A stretch of DNA of 64,000 bases from positions 96,001 through 160,000 of the forward strand of contig JBIJDH010000009.1 of the NCBI GenBank assembly GCA_044344255.1, read 5' to 3'. Position 1 is the stretch's first letter. Every line of letters starts with the position of its first letter. Source of the stretch: Myxococcota bacterium (GTDB lineage: Bacteria > Myxococcota_A > UBA796 > UBA2385). The notes beneath the pieces are model-generated. The model was given only the letters and a program-made list of their open reading frames with translations. It made no database searches and was not told the origin of the DNA. Below are positions 36,911 to 47,917 of the stretch, in pieces. Position numbers and translations under genes: made by a program.

Positions 36911-38184
36911 GCGCCCCCGCCTGGCTGACTGCGCTCGGGCTGCTCAACGGGACCGGCAGCTGGGGCGCCTACGAGCTGCAGCCGGTCGATCACAGCGGGG
37001 AGATGTCCCGCCCACCCGTGCTTCAGTGGTCTCACCCGCTGCCGGGCTCGGTGGTCGAGACCGCCACCCACACCGAGACCGCCTCGCCCATCCTGCATGG
37101 TCCGTACATCTACGTGGGCGCCGCGGGCGTGGACGGGCTGCTGGTCCTCGATCGACGCGACGGCCACCTCGTCCGCCGGCTCAAGGCCAACGGCCCCGTG
37201 CGCTCTGCGGCGGTGATCGGCGGGGATCGAGTCTTCTTCGCCGATGCCTCGGGTGGGATCTGGTGCTACCCGCTGGACGGCGAAAAGCCGATCTGGAGCG
37301 TGCAGTCCGGCAACCCCATCCTCTCGACCCCCACCGTCGTGGGGAGCCGCGTCTACGTCTCCCAGGTGGGTCCGACGGTGATGGCCCTCGAGGCCTCCAA
37401 CGGAGAGTCCCCCTGGTTCCACCTCCAGAAGGTAGATCCTCACCGCTCGGCCGAGCTGCGGATCTATGGCTCGCCCTCCCCGGTCTTCATGCCTGCGGTG
37501 TCGCTGCCCGGTCGGGCGGTCGGGGAGGCGCCCGCCTATGTCGAGGCGCTGATCACCGGCTACGCCGACGGCAAGGTCGAGGCCTTGCAGCTCAAAGACG
37601 GCGAGCCCATCTGGGGCCGAAACGTCGGCGAGGGCCAGTACCCCGACATCATCGCCGAGCCCCTGGTGATGGGCAGCCACGTCATCCTCTCGGCCTACAC
37701 CGAGCCGCTGCTGTCTTATGACGTGCTGCAGCGCAGCGTCCGCTGGCGCCTCCCCGTCGGCGGGCTCGCGGCGCCGATCGCGGGAGGGGGCGTCGGTGAC
37801 CGGCCGGACGGCACCTTCACCGCCGAGGGGCGCTTCATCTACCACCCCGGCTCAGACGGCAAGCTGCGCTGCGTCGACGGCACCACCGGCACGGTCGTCT
37901 GGGAGTGGGACAGCGGCAACAGCACCGCGCTCACCCGCCCAGTCGGGACGCCCGCCGGCGTCTTCGTGGGCTCCTCGGGGGGCGGCCTCTCGCTCATCGA
38001 CCCCGTGCACGGCAAGCGGGTCTGGGCCTGGAACCCGGGCCACGTCTTGAACGGCGTGAGCGCGGCCCCCGCCGTCCAGGGCCGCGAGATGGTGCTGGTG
38101 ACCGACGCCGGCAACATCGCGAGCTTCGTGATGCCCGAGCCTGAGCCCGCCCCGCGCCCGGTGAACTGGGGCCTCCGGCCTTGA
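36907..38184 (+). CDS. PQQ-like beta-propeller protein (BamB-like)
   Basis: Repeated SP-----VY---G-L-ALD--G---W blades; ATGA coupling. Confidence 0.85.
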   Translation: MSAPAWLTALGLLNGTGSWGAYELQPVDHSGEMSRPPVLQWSHPLPGSVVETATHTETASPILHGPYIYVGAAGVDGLLVLDRRDGHLVRRLKANGPVRSAAVIGGDRVFFADASGGIWCYPLDGEKPIWSVQSGNPILSTPTVVGSRVYVSQVGPTVMALEASNGESPWFHLQKVDPHRSAELRIYGSPSPVFMPAVSLPGRAVGEAPAYVEALITGYADGKVEALQLKDGEPIWGRNVGEGQYPDIIAEPLVMGSHVILSAYTEPLLSYDVLQRSVRWRLPVGGLAAPIAGGGVGDRPDGTFTAEGRFIYHPGSDGKLRCVDGTTGTVVWEWDSGNSTALTRPVGTPAGVFVGSSGGGLSLIDPVHGKRVWAWNPGHVLNGVSAAPAVQGREMVLVTDAGNIASFVMPEPEPAPRPVNWGLRP

Positions 38185-38636
38185 GCGACGAGCGCGACGA
38201 GGGCCGGAAGCGCAGCCGAGAGCCGCGGCTCCGAGACTTCGCGCGGCGCATGTTCCGCGACGCCGATGACAGCCCCGACGTCGAGGCCGATCGGCCCAGC
38301 CACCAGGAGGCCCGCGACCTCTTCGGATCCGTCCTCGAGACGGGCGACAAGGCCAAGACCGAGATCGTGCGCATGGTGGCCCGCGAGGTCCGCTCCTACC
38401 TGGAGGCCCTCGAGCTCCACAAGGACCTCCACCATCTGCTCACGAACTACTCGCTCGAGGTGAAGGCGAGCGTCCACCTCCGGCCCCTCGCCGAGGTCGA
38501 GAAGGCCACCCAGGCGGGCGCTTCGGAGGTCAAGGTCGGGTTCAAGCCCAAGGAGGGCAAAGCCCCCCGGGACGGCGCGAGGGAAGGTGAGGGCGAGGCC
38601 AACGCCGACAGCGAAGGGCGCCCGACCGAGGGCTGA
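38181..38636 (+). CDS. hypothetical protein
   Basis: TTGA-coupled; KTEIVRMVAREVRSYLE amphipathic helix; GC3 bias. Confidence 0.7.
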   Translation: MSDERDEGRKRSREPRLRDFARRMFRDADDSPDVEADRPSHQEARDLFGSVLETGDKAKTEIVRMVAREVRSYLEALELHKDLHHLLTNYSLEVKASVHLRPLAEVEKATQAGASEVKVGFKPKEGKAPRDGAREGEGEANADSEGRPTEG

Positions 38637-38648
38637 GCGAAGCGCCCC

Positions 38649-39614
38649 TCAGGGCTTCGGACCCTTGTGGACCGCCTCCTCATCGACCTCCCGCTCGCGC
38701 AGGCGGAGGAGGATGCCCTCCTCGCGGAGGAGCCGGCGCAGCTCGACCTTGTCGATCTCGGACAGGTTGTTGATGATCCGCTCCACCTTCGGGCCCTGCG
38801 CGTGAATGTCCGACAGGACGGCCGAACCGTCGGCCACCGCCCCGCGGGCCTCCCCCACGAGGCCGCGGGCGTCGCCGACCAGGAGGCGGACGTCTTGCAA
38901 GGCGCCGGGGAGCTCGGCGGTGGCGGTCTGGAGCTGCCCGATCGCGCGATCGGCGTGCCCCAGGGTGGGCCGGGCCTGATCGGCGGCGGCCTTGACGGAG
39001 GCGAGGGCGCCGCGGGACTCGTCCATCAGCGCCGGGGCCTGCGCGCTGGCGAGGGCGGCGTTGTGGAGGATGGTCTCGGTGTCGATGAGCATCCGCTTGA
39101 GGCGCTCGGGGTCTTCCTTGAGCGCGCCGTTGAGCGAGAGCAGGGCGCCGTTGAGGGCCTCGGGATCGACCGCGGCGACGAGGGGGCCCAGCGCGTTGAC
39201 GAGCTGATCGATCTCGGTCTGCGGCAGGCTGCGGCTGAGCTTGTCGCCGTCCTTAAGCAAGGGGGCGTCGGCGGAGTCGGGGCGCAGCTCGACGAACTTC
39301 TCACCGAGCACCGAACGCGCCCGGATCTGGACGATGGCGTCGGCCCGAACGCCGGCCCCCTCCTCGAGGGTGAGGTGCAGGAGGGCCTGATCATGCTCGA
39401 CCGTCAGGCCCGTGAGCTTACCGATGGGGACCCCGGCGACCTTCACCTCGGCCCCCTCGGTCAGGCCGCCGGCGTCGGGCACGAGGGCGACGACGTCGAG
39501 CGTGTCGCCCAGGCCCTTCAAAGCGCCCACCTTGAGCGACATGAAGGCGAGCAGCCCCGTCGCGACGATCAAGAGGACGCCAACGCCGATTTCATGTTTA
39601 CGAGAGCGGGCCAT
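38649..39614 (-). CDS. mlaD: MCE/MlaD family protein
   Basis: EIGVG TM, GGLTEGAEVKVAGVPIG, SVLGEKFVEL-P, helical tail. Confidence 0.9.
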   Translation of the reverse strand: MARSRKHEIGVGVLLIVATGLLAFMSLKVGALKGLGDTLDVVALVPDAGGLTEGAEVKVAGVPIGKLTGLTVEHDQALLHLTLEEGAGVRADAIVQIRARSVLGEKFVELRPDSADAPLLKDGDKLSRSLPQTEIDQLVNALGPLVAAVDPEALNGALLSLNGALKEDPERLKRMLIDTETILHNAALASAQAPALMDESRGALASVKAAADQARPTLGHADRAIGQLQTATAELPGALQDVRLLVGDARGLVGEARGAVADGSAVLSDIHAQGPKVERIINNLSEIDKVELRRLLREEGILLRLREREVDEEAVHKGPKP

Positions 39615-39623
39615 CGGCGGGAC

Positions 39624-40406
39624 CTATCGAATGGAGGGGAGGTGGGCCACATCCCCCGGTCGCTCCGGCAGGATGAGGTTCCGACTGAGGAAGCGGCGCA
39701 GGACCGGGTGCTCGGAGCGCAGCACGTCGTCGGTCGGCCCCCAGGCGATGAGCTGGCCGCCGTACAGCATGGCGATGTGATCGGCCACGTTGACGGTGCC
39801 GACGATGTCGTGGCTGATCACCACGAAGGTGATGCCGAGCGCCGCCTTCATGTCTTGGATGAGCTGGTCGATGGCGTCGCTGGTCATGGGATCGAGGCCG
39901 CTGTTGGGCTCGTCGAAGAGCACGATCTGGGGCTCCATCACGATGGCCCGCGCCAGGCCCACGCGCTTCCGCTGGCCGCCCGACAGGCCCGCGGTCGCCC
40001 GGTCATAGGTGCCGGTCATGCCGACGAGGCGCAGCTTCTCTTCGACCCGCTCGCGGCGCTCGGACTCGTCCATCTCTGGGGCGTGGTGGACGAGGGGGAA
40101 CTCGACGTTCTCCCCCACGCTCATCGAGTCGAAGAGGGCGCCGTCCTGGAAGAGCATGCCCATCCGCCGTCGAGCGGCGTAGATGTCGCGCTCATGCGCG
40201 TGGGCCATGTCGGTGCCGAGGCAGAGCACCTGCCCCGCGTCTGGGCGCAGCAGGCCTACGATGTGCTTGAGCAGCACGCTCTTGCCGGTGCCGGACGGCC
40301 CGATGATCGCGGTGGTCTGCCCCTCGGGGAAGGACAGCGAGACGTTGTCGAGCACCTTGAGGGCGCCGAAGGCCTTAGAGACCCCCTTGAATTCAATGAT
40401 GCTCAT
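39624..40406 (-). CDS. mlaF: ABC transporter ATP-binding protein (MlaF/Mkl)
   Basis: GPSGTGKS, LFQDGALFDSM, LSGGQRKRVGLARA, DEP-SGLDP. Confidence 0.93.
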   Translation of the reverse strand: MSIIEFKGVSKAFGALKVLDNVSLSFPEGQTTAIIGPSGTGKSVLLKHIVGLLRPDAGQVLCLGTDMAHAHERDIYAARRRMGMLFQDGALFDSMSVGENVEFPLVHHAPEMDESERRERVEEKLRLVGMTGTYDRATAGLSGGQRKRVGLARAIVMEPQIVLFDEPNSGLDPMTSDAIDQLIQDMKAALGITFVVISHDIVGTVNVADHIAMLYGGQLIAWGPTDDVLRSEHPVLRRFLSRNLILPERPGDVAHLPSIR

Positions 40407-40416
40407 GGTTGGGTGA

Positions 40417-41175
40417 TCATCCGCCGTACATGAGCTCGCTGAGGAAATAGTTGAGGCTGATACAGAGCACGGCGGAGGTCACGACGGCCTTGTTGGTGGC
40501 CTCGCCCACGCCCTCGGGGCCGCTCTTGCAGAAGAAGCCGTACCAACAGCTCACCGTGCAGATGATCACCCCGAAGACGACACCCTTGATCTCGCCATAG
40601 ACGAGGTCCATCGGCTTCATCGCCTGGAGCGCGAATTCCAGGAAGGCGGCCGGCTTGACGTCGAGCTGCCAGACCGAGGTGGCGAAGGCGGTGCTGATCA
40701 TCACGAAGATGGCGATGGTCGTGAGCGCCGGCAGGACGATGACGATGCCGATCAGCCGCGGCGCGATGAGGTAGCTGAGGGGGTTGACCGCCATCACCTC
40801 AAGGGCGTCGATCTGCTCGCGGATGCGCATCACGCCGATCTGGCTCGCCATCTCGGTGCCCGCCTTGGCGGCGACCATCGCCGCGGTGATGATCGGGCCG
40901 AGCTCCCGCACGCCGGCGAGGGCGACGAACATGCCCACCAGCCGCCCGCCCCCCAAAGGGGCAAAGGAGGCGTAGCCCTGGACCGCGAGGTTCGTACCCA
41001 CGAAGAAGGCGATGGTGAGCAGGATGGGGAGGCTCATCACCCCGATTCGGAAGGCCTCTTGCAGCACGAGGCGCCACGGGACACCGTGGCGATAGATCGC
41101 CCGGAAGAAGCTCCAGACAAAGAGCCCGAAGTGACCGACCGCGCCGGCCACCCGCGTCGGGAGCGCCTCGCCCAC
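40417..41175 (-). CDS. mlaE: MlaE family ABC permease
   Basis: RELGP, G-M---EQIDALEVM, GVGEAT--AVV. Confidence 0.92.
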   Translation of the reverse strand: MGEALPTRVAGAVGHFGLFVWSFFRAIYRHGVPWRLVLQEAFRIGVMSLPILLTIAFFVGTNLAVQGYASFAPLGGGRLVGMFVALAGVRELGPIITAAMVAAKAGTEMASQIGVMRIREQIDALEVMAVNPLSYLIAPRLIGIVIVLPALTTIAIFVMISTAFATSVWQLDVKPAAFLEFALQAMKPMDLVYGEIKGVVFGVIICTVSCWYGFFCKSGPEGVGEATNKAVVTSAVLCISLNYFLSELMYGG

Positions 41176-41176
41176 C

Positions 41177-41935
41177 TCAGCGCCCCCCGCTGAACAGCGC
41201 GGTGGTGAGGAAGTAGTTGGCGGTGATGAACAAGAGTACGCTGAAGACGACCGTGTCGTTGACAGCCCGACCGACGCCCGCCGCTCCGCCGCTCGCGTTG
41301 AAGCCGTAATACGCCGCCGTCATGCCGATGATACCGCCGAAGACGGTGGTCTTGAGCACCCCCCCGAAGAGGTCTGCGGCGCTGGTCAAGGCGAAGAGCT
41401 GACTCAGGAAGATGCCGCTCGGCTCATGCTTGATCAGCACCGCCGTCACCCAGCCGCCCGTGAGCCCGGCCACGTCTCCGGCGATGCTCAGCAAGGGGCA
41501 AGCGAGCGTGAGGCCGATCACGCGCGGCACCACATGGAACTGGATGCCGTCCACCGCCATCACCTCGGTGGCGTCGATCTCCTCCTTGATCCGCATGGCG
41601 CCTAGCTCGGCCGCGCAGGAGGACCCTCCCTGCGCCGCCACCAGCACGCTGGCGAGCACAGGGGAGAGCTCCCGCAGCACCGCGACGCTGACGAGCGAAG
41701 AGAGGAGCCGCTCGGCGCCGAACAGCTGGAAGATCGTGAGCCCCTGGAGCGCGATGACCATCCCGAAGGGCAGGGTGACCGCCACCACCGGCAAGAGGCA
41801 GCGCATCGTGGTCACCCACAAGAAGCGGGTGGCCTCGTGGAAGAAGAAGGGGCGACGAAACAGGCGCACCACCACCTTTCCGGCGAAGGTGCCGTAGCGA
41901 CCGATCCCCCCGAGCCAGCCGAGCACGCCATCCAT
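41177..41935 (-). CDS. mlaE: MlaE family ABC permease (second copy)
   Basis: RELSP, AELGAMRIKEEIDA, GGAAGVGRAV. Confidence 0.92.
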   Translation of the reverse strand: MDGVLGWLGGIGRYGTFAGKVVVRLFRRPFFFHEATRFLWVTTMRCLLPVVAVTLPFGMVIALQGLTIFQLFGAERLLSSLVSVAVLRELSPVLASVLVAAQGGSSCAAELGAMRIKEEIDATEVMAVDGIQFHVVPRVIGLTLACPLLSIAGDVAGLTGGWVTAVLIKHEPSGIFLSQLFALTSAADLFGGVLKTTVFGGIIGMTAAYYGFNASGGAAGVGRAVNDTVVFSVLLFITANYFLTTALFSGGR

Positions 41936-42013
41936 CCGATCCGGACTAATCCAGCCTTGGCCCGTCGGCTCGCCGCGCGTGCGTCTCCGTGGTGGCGAAA
42001 TCCTGGGCGCGGA

Positions 42014-42054
42014 GAGAAGGAGAGGGCGAGAAGGAGAGGGAGAGAAGGGGAGGG
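42014..42054. repeat. purine-rich direct repeat, 3 x 13 bp with 14-bp period, in a divergent intergenic region
   Basis: GAGAAGGAGAGGG-C-GAGAAGGAGAGGG-A-GAGAAGGGGAGGG. Confidence 0.9.
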
Positions 42055-42089
42055 TGGAAGGGGGCGTGCCCTCCAGTTAAGCCGCCGCG

Positions 42090-42431
42090 ATGTTCTGCCG
42101 CACCCTCGCCCTCGCCCTCCTGTCTGCCCTCACCCTGTCCTCGGCCGCGCTCGCCCAGGCCTTGGGAGAAGGGTCCACGGTCTTCACCACCGAGGCGGTC
42201 GATCTGCTGCGCTTCCCAGACGCCGCCCTCACGCTGACCACGCTCGAGCCCGGCGCCAAGCTGGAGATCCTGCTGGTCGACGGCGCGCTGGTTCGGGTCC
42301 GCAAGGGCGTCGACATCGGCTGGCTCCCGGTGGCCAAGGTCTCAGCGACGCCGCCGGCACCGGCTCTGGCCCTCCCAGAGGCGCCGGCTGCGCCCACGCT
42401 GCCCGCGACGCCCACGCCCACCGCTCCCTGA
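42090..42431 (+). CDS. small secreted SH3b-like protein
   Basis: Signal peptide (ALA-Q); L-PG-KLEIL---G--VRVR----GWLP pattern; Pro-rich tail. Confidence 0.65.
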   Translation: MFCRTLALALLSALTLSSAALAQALGEGSTVFTTEAVDLLRFPDAALTLTTLEPGAKLEILLVDGALVRVRKGVDIGWLPVAKVSATPPAPALALPEAPAAPTLPATPTPTAP

Positions 42432-42464
42432 GCGGCTCGCGGAACCCCGCGCGCGCCGCGGCGC

Positions 42465-43010
42465 CTAGCGCGCGGTGTCTGGGATCCGGTAAATGTTGAG
42501 CCCGCGGAGCTCGCTTGAGCCCCCGCCGAGGCGCCAGGTGACGAGGACCTCGAGGCCCGGTACGGCGTCGGCCTCCCCCACCGCGATCTCGCAGACCCGA
42601 CCCGGGCGACCGAGGGGGGCCTCGGCGATGACCCGGCCCCTCGAGCGGAGTCGGATCACCGGCAGCTCCCACGTCCCTTCCGCGGTGGCGGTGGCGGGCT
42701 CCCCGTCGAGGGGAAAGGTGACGGAGAGGGTCGCCGCACAGGTCTCGCCGAGCGCGCTCCAGCCCGCCAGATCGACGGGGATGGCCACCTCGGCGGGCCC
42801 GATGAGCGGTCGCATCCCTGGGCGCGGATCCCCCGAGGGCGGGCCGATCAGCAGGTCTCCCACGCGCCACCAGACCCGGAGGCCGGCATCGGCGACATCG
42901 GCGGCGAGGACCAGCGGCGGAGTGGCGGAGGCGGAGGCGCAGAAGAGCAGCGCGCTGAGGGCGAGGGTGCGCAGGGAGGAGATCCGAAGGAGCGGAGTGG
43001 GGCGGGGCAT
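42465..43010 (-). CDS. hypothetical secreted protein
   Basis: Signal peptide ending ASA; fills the gap between flanking genes; GC3 bias. Confidence 0.55.
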   Translation of the reverse strand: MPRPTPLLRISSLRTLALSALLFCASASATPPLVLAADVADAGLRVWWRVGDLLIGPPSGDPRPGMRPLIGPAEVAIPVDLAGWSALGETCAATLSVTFPLDGEPATATAEGTWELPVIRLRSRGRVIAEAPLGRPGRVCEIAVGEADAVPGLEVLVTWRLGGGSSELRGLNIYRIPDTAR

Positions 43011-43147
43011 GGCGTAGCCGAACCCCTGAGCGGGGGCGCCTCGGCCCTATCCACTCCCAGGACGCGCAGGCCACCTTCCGCGCTTGGCCTCGGCGGTCGC
43101 GACGGGTCGCGGGCGCGCCCCCCGAGAGTGGGCTAACGAGCGCCCCG

Positions 43148-43981
43148 ATGACGCTCTCCCTCTTCCAGCGCGAGCTCCAGGTCGCCGTGCTCGGCTCCGG
43201 CTCGGGCGGGAACTGCACCTACATCGGGGACGGCGTCGCCGGCGTGCTGATCGACTGTGGGATCAGCACCAAGCAGGTGTGGGCCCGCTTGGAGGCGGTG
43301 GGCCTCGGCGCGGCGCCCATCGACGCCGTCTTCATCACGCATGAGCACTCCGATCATGTCGGCGGGGCGCGGGTCCTCTGCCAAAAGCTCAAGAAGCGGA
43401 GCGGGCGGTCGGTCCCCTTCTTCATGACCCGCGGCACCGAGGGCGGGCTGCGCGACCAGACGCGCCCCGAGGCGGTCGAGACGATCGAGCCGAACACCCT
43501 GCTCCGCGTGCGGCACCTCGAGGTCGAGGCCTTCACCATCCCTCACGACACCCGCGATCCGGTCGCCTACCGGGTGGGCGCGGGCGGGACCTGGGCGGGC
43601 GTCATCACCGATCTCGGCAAGCCGACCTCCCTCGTGCGGGAGAAGCTGAAGAGCCTGAGCGTCGCTGTGCTCGAATTCAACCATGACGTCGAGCTCTTGA
43701 TGGAGGGATCCTACCCCTGGGCGCTGAAGCAGCGCATCCGCTCCTCCCACGGCCACCTCTCCAACGATCAGGCCGCCGAGCTCCTCCACGACGGCCTCGG
43801 CGAGGGCCTCCGCCACCTCGTGCTGGCCCACCTCTCCGAGGAGAACAACCGGCCCACCAAGGCCATGGCCGCGGCGCTGCGCGCCCTCGCCGATCGGGGA
43901 GCCACCGGGCAGGCCACCGTGACCGCGGCCTCCCAGGACGCGCCGCACCGGGTGGCCCCCGTCCGGGTCCACGACTGGTGA
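43148..43981 (+). CDS. MBL-fold metallohydrolase (YycJ/WalJ-like)
   Basis: LGSGSGGN, LIDCG, THEHSDH, PHD, TDLG, EFNHD, GHLSN, LAHLSEENN. Confidence 0.92.
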   Translation: MTLSLFQRELQVAVLGSGSGGNCTYIGDGVAGVLIDCGISTKQVWARLEAVGLGAAPIDAVFITHEHSDHVGGARVLCQKLKKRSGRSVPFFMTRGTEGGLRDQTRPEAVETIEPNTLLRVRHLEVEAFTIPHDTRDPVAYRVGAGGTWAGVITDLGKPTSLVREKLKSLSVAVLEFNHDVELLMEGSYPWALKQRIRSSHGHLSNDQAAELLHDGLGEGLRHLVLAHLSEENNRPTKAMAAALRALADRGATGQATVTAASQDAPHRVAPVRVHDW

Positions 43982-44042
43982 GGCCCCGGCCCGCCGCGCC
44001 CTGTACGGTTCGCCCCGCCCTGAACGGTTCAAGGAGACAGAG

Positions 44043-45365
44043 ATGATCCCCCGATACACTCGCCCCGAGGCCGCCGCGATCTGGTCGGACCAGCGCCGCT
44101 TCGCGATCATGCTGGAGATCGAGCTCCTCGCCGCCGAGGCGATGGAGCGGAGCGGCGACCTCCCGCCGGGCACAGCCGCCGCCTGCCGCGCCAACGCCGC
44201 GCCGCTCCTCCCTGACCGCTTCCCCGTGGAGCGCATCGCCGAGATCGAGCGGGTCGTGCAGCATGATGTCATCGCGTTCCTCACGGCGGTCAACGAGGTG
44301 GTGGGCGAGCCTGGGCGCTTCCTCCACAAGGGCATGACGAGCTCGGACGTGCTCGACACGACCTTCGCCGTCCAGCTCAAGGAGTCGGGCGCCTTGCTCG
44401 ATCACGAGCTCGGCCGGGTGCTCGTCGCCCTTGAGCGCAGGGCCCGCGAGCACACCCACACGCTCTGCATCGGGCGCAGCCACGGCATCCACGCCGAGCC
44501 CACCACCTTCGGCATCAAGCTCGCGATCCTCTGGGACGAGCTGAACCGCGGCCGCACGCGCCTCCGCCGGGCCACCGAGGAGGTGTCGGTCGGGAAGCTC
44601 TCCGGGGCCGTCGGAACCTTCGCTCACCTCGATCCCACCATCGAGGCCGAGGTCTGCGCTGCGCTTGGTCTGCGCCCGGCTCCCGCCTCCAACCAGATCG
44701 TGCAGCGCGACCTGCACGCCCACTTTTTCCAGTGCCTGGCCCTCCTCGCCACCTCGATCGAGAAGGTGGCCGTCGAGGTCCGACACCTCCAGCGCACCGA
44801 GGTGCGGGAGGTGATGGAGGCCTTCGGCACAGGACAGAAGGGCTCGAGCGCGATGCCCCACAAGCGCAACCCCATCCTGAGCGAGAACCTGACGGGCCTC
44901 GCCCGCCTCGTGCGCGGCTGGGCGGAGGCAGCGATGGACAACGTGCCGCTCTGGCACGAGCGCGACATCAGCCACTCCTCGGTCGAGCGGGTGATCGGCC
45001 CGGACGCGACCGTCACCACTCACTTCATGCTGGCGCGGCTGCGCGGCCTGATCGAGGGGCTCGTGGTCTTCCCAGAGCAGATGGCGGCCAACCTCGCGGA
45101 CACCCAGGGCATCTGGGCCGCTCAGCGCGTGATGCTCGCCCTCATCGAGGCCGGGCTGTCCCGCGAGGCGGCCTACGCGCAGGTCCAGGCGCACGCGATG
45201 TCGGCCTGGAACGAGCGGCGGCCGTTGATCGAGCTGCTCAGCGAGGACCCCGAGCTCACCGCCCTGATCCCGCCCCCGCGCCTCGCCGAGCTGGCCGACG
45301 CCGCGTGGTTCACCCGCCGGGCGGCGCTGATCCTGGACCGGGTGTTCCGCTCGGCGGCGTCCTAG
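44043..45365 (+). CDS. purB: adenylosuccinate lyase
   Basis: MIPRYTRPE, HDVIAF, GRSHGIHAEPTTFG, GSSAMPHKRNP, WHERDISHSSVER; AAGGAG RBS. Confidence 0.97.
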   Translation: MIPRYTRPEAAAIWSDQRRFAIMLEIELLAAEAMERSGDLPPGTAAACRANAAPLLPDRFPVERIAEIERVVQHDVIAFLTAVNEVVGEPGRFLHKGMTSSDVLDTTFAVQLKESGALLDHELGRVLVALERRAREHTHTLCIGRSHGIHAEPTTFGIKLAILWDELNRGRTRLRRATEEVSVGKLSGAVGTFAHLDPTIEAEVCAALGLRPAPASNQIVQRDLHAHFFQCLALLATSIEKVAVEVRHLQRTEVREVMEAFGTGQKGSSAMPHKRNPILSENLTGLARLVRGWAEAAMDNVPLWHERDISHSSVERVIGPDATVTTHFMLARLRGLIEGLVVFPEQMAANLADTQGIWAAQRVMLALIEAGLSREAAYAQVQAHAMSAWNERRPLIELLSEDPELTALIPPPRLAELADAAWFTRRAALILDRVFRSAAS

Positions 45366-46751
45366 GGCGGCCCGCCGCGTCCGGGCCACCGGGCCCGGGC
45401 GATCCGGTCGGCGGGCGGCCACGCTGACGATGGCCGTTCACCTCGATGCTCTTGAGGAGGCGCAGCGCGGTCCAGGCGACCGTCGGATCGGGGTGGACGA
45501 CCGCCTCCCGGACCCGCGCCAGGGAGGCGCGTTGCCCTCGCGCCCCCGCCTCCAGCACCGCGAGCGTGAGGTCGACGCGGCGCTCCTTCGACCAGGCCCG
45601 ACGGGCGGTGCCCAGGTAGAAGACCGCGGGGATCCGCGCATCCGCAGCGTCGACGTCTCCCTCCCAGTAGTTGATGGCCCCGAGCGTGTGGACGTCGCGG
45701 TCAGCGGCCTCCTCGGAGCTCCGGCTGTCCAACGCCGCCTCGAGGCGATCGACCTCGGCGGCCAACGGTCGAGCCTGAGCGAACTCGAGCTCCTCCAGCC
45801 GGTAGGCCGCCGCCGAGTGGACGTGAGGCGTCATCTCGACGGGCACCACCGCGAGTACGTCGCCGGTCACCTGATCGGCCTGGGCGAAGGCGTGCAGCAG
45901 CCCCTCAGACCAGACCCGACCCAACACATAGCTCGTGTAGGATGGATCATGGGCGTCCCACCACGCGCGTAGCGTCTCGACCGACACGATGAAGGCCGCC
46001 CATCTCTCGCGGCGGGCCACAGTGGAGGGAGGGGTCAACAGGCCGAGCTCCCGCGCGCCGTGCCCGAGGCAGGGCGCCACGAATTCACCAGCCGACAGGC
46101 AGAGCTCCGTGGCCTCGGAGAGCGCAGACGGGGTGTGGAGCGCCCAGATAGCCTCGGCCGCGCGGAACCGACACTCGTTCCTCCACCGTTCATCATCAAC
46201 GGTTACACAGATCCCAGCCGCCTCGGCCGTACGACCGGCAGCGGCCGCGATCACGGCGCGATCGGTGGCGCACTCAATGCCCACCTTCTCCGTGCAGGTC
46301 ACCTGGACGGGCTGCGCGTCCGTGTAAACGCTGGGGATCGAGACGCGCGGGACCTCGTCCTGGGTGGCGGGCCCCCCCCCTGGGCGCTCGCTCAAGGGCC
46401 TCCCCACCGAGTCCGTGACCCAGAGGTGGTGGCGCTGGGCCTTCTCGACGCAGCGTGCGCGCGCGGCCGGCCCCTGGAGCAGGTCGCAGAGGGGCCCGAG
46501 ATCCGCGGCTCCGTGCGACGCGAGGGACAACACGACCGCCTCTTGCTCCAGCGGATCTTGAATTTGCCGGACCTGTCGGTCGACCGAGCCGGCCTTGCCG
46601 TCAAAGCGCTCGCTCACCCAGGTCTGGCGGCAGTCCGCGTCCGAACAGTCCTCGAACCGCTCCGGTACCCCGCCGCAGGCGCCGAGCAGAAAGGGCAAGG
46701 CACCGCCGAAGCGCCACCGCGCCGTGCCAGCGGCGATCCCCCTGGGCCCGA

Positions 46752-46755
<4 letters not shown>
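45310..46755 (-). CDS. hypothetical Cys-rich lipoprotein
   Basis: ATGA-coupled to pfkA; lipobox LGAC; repeated C-x(8-10)-C helical units; 3' end overlaps purB. Confidence 0.6.
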
Positions 46756-47837
<1,082 letters not shown>

Positions 47838-47917
47838 AGGTCGTCGCGGTGCCAAAGTGGGGTCCAAATGGAGCCTCATCTCGTCCGAAGGGTCCGAAAG
47901 GGGGTCGCTCAGGCAGC

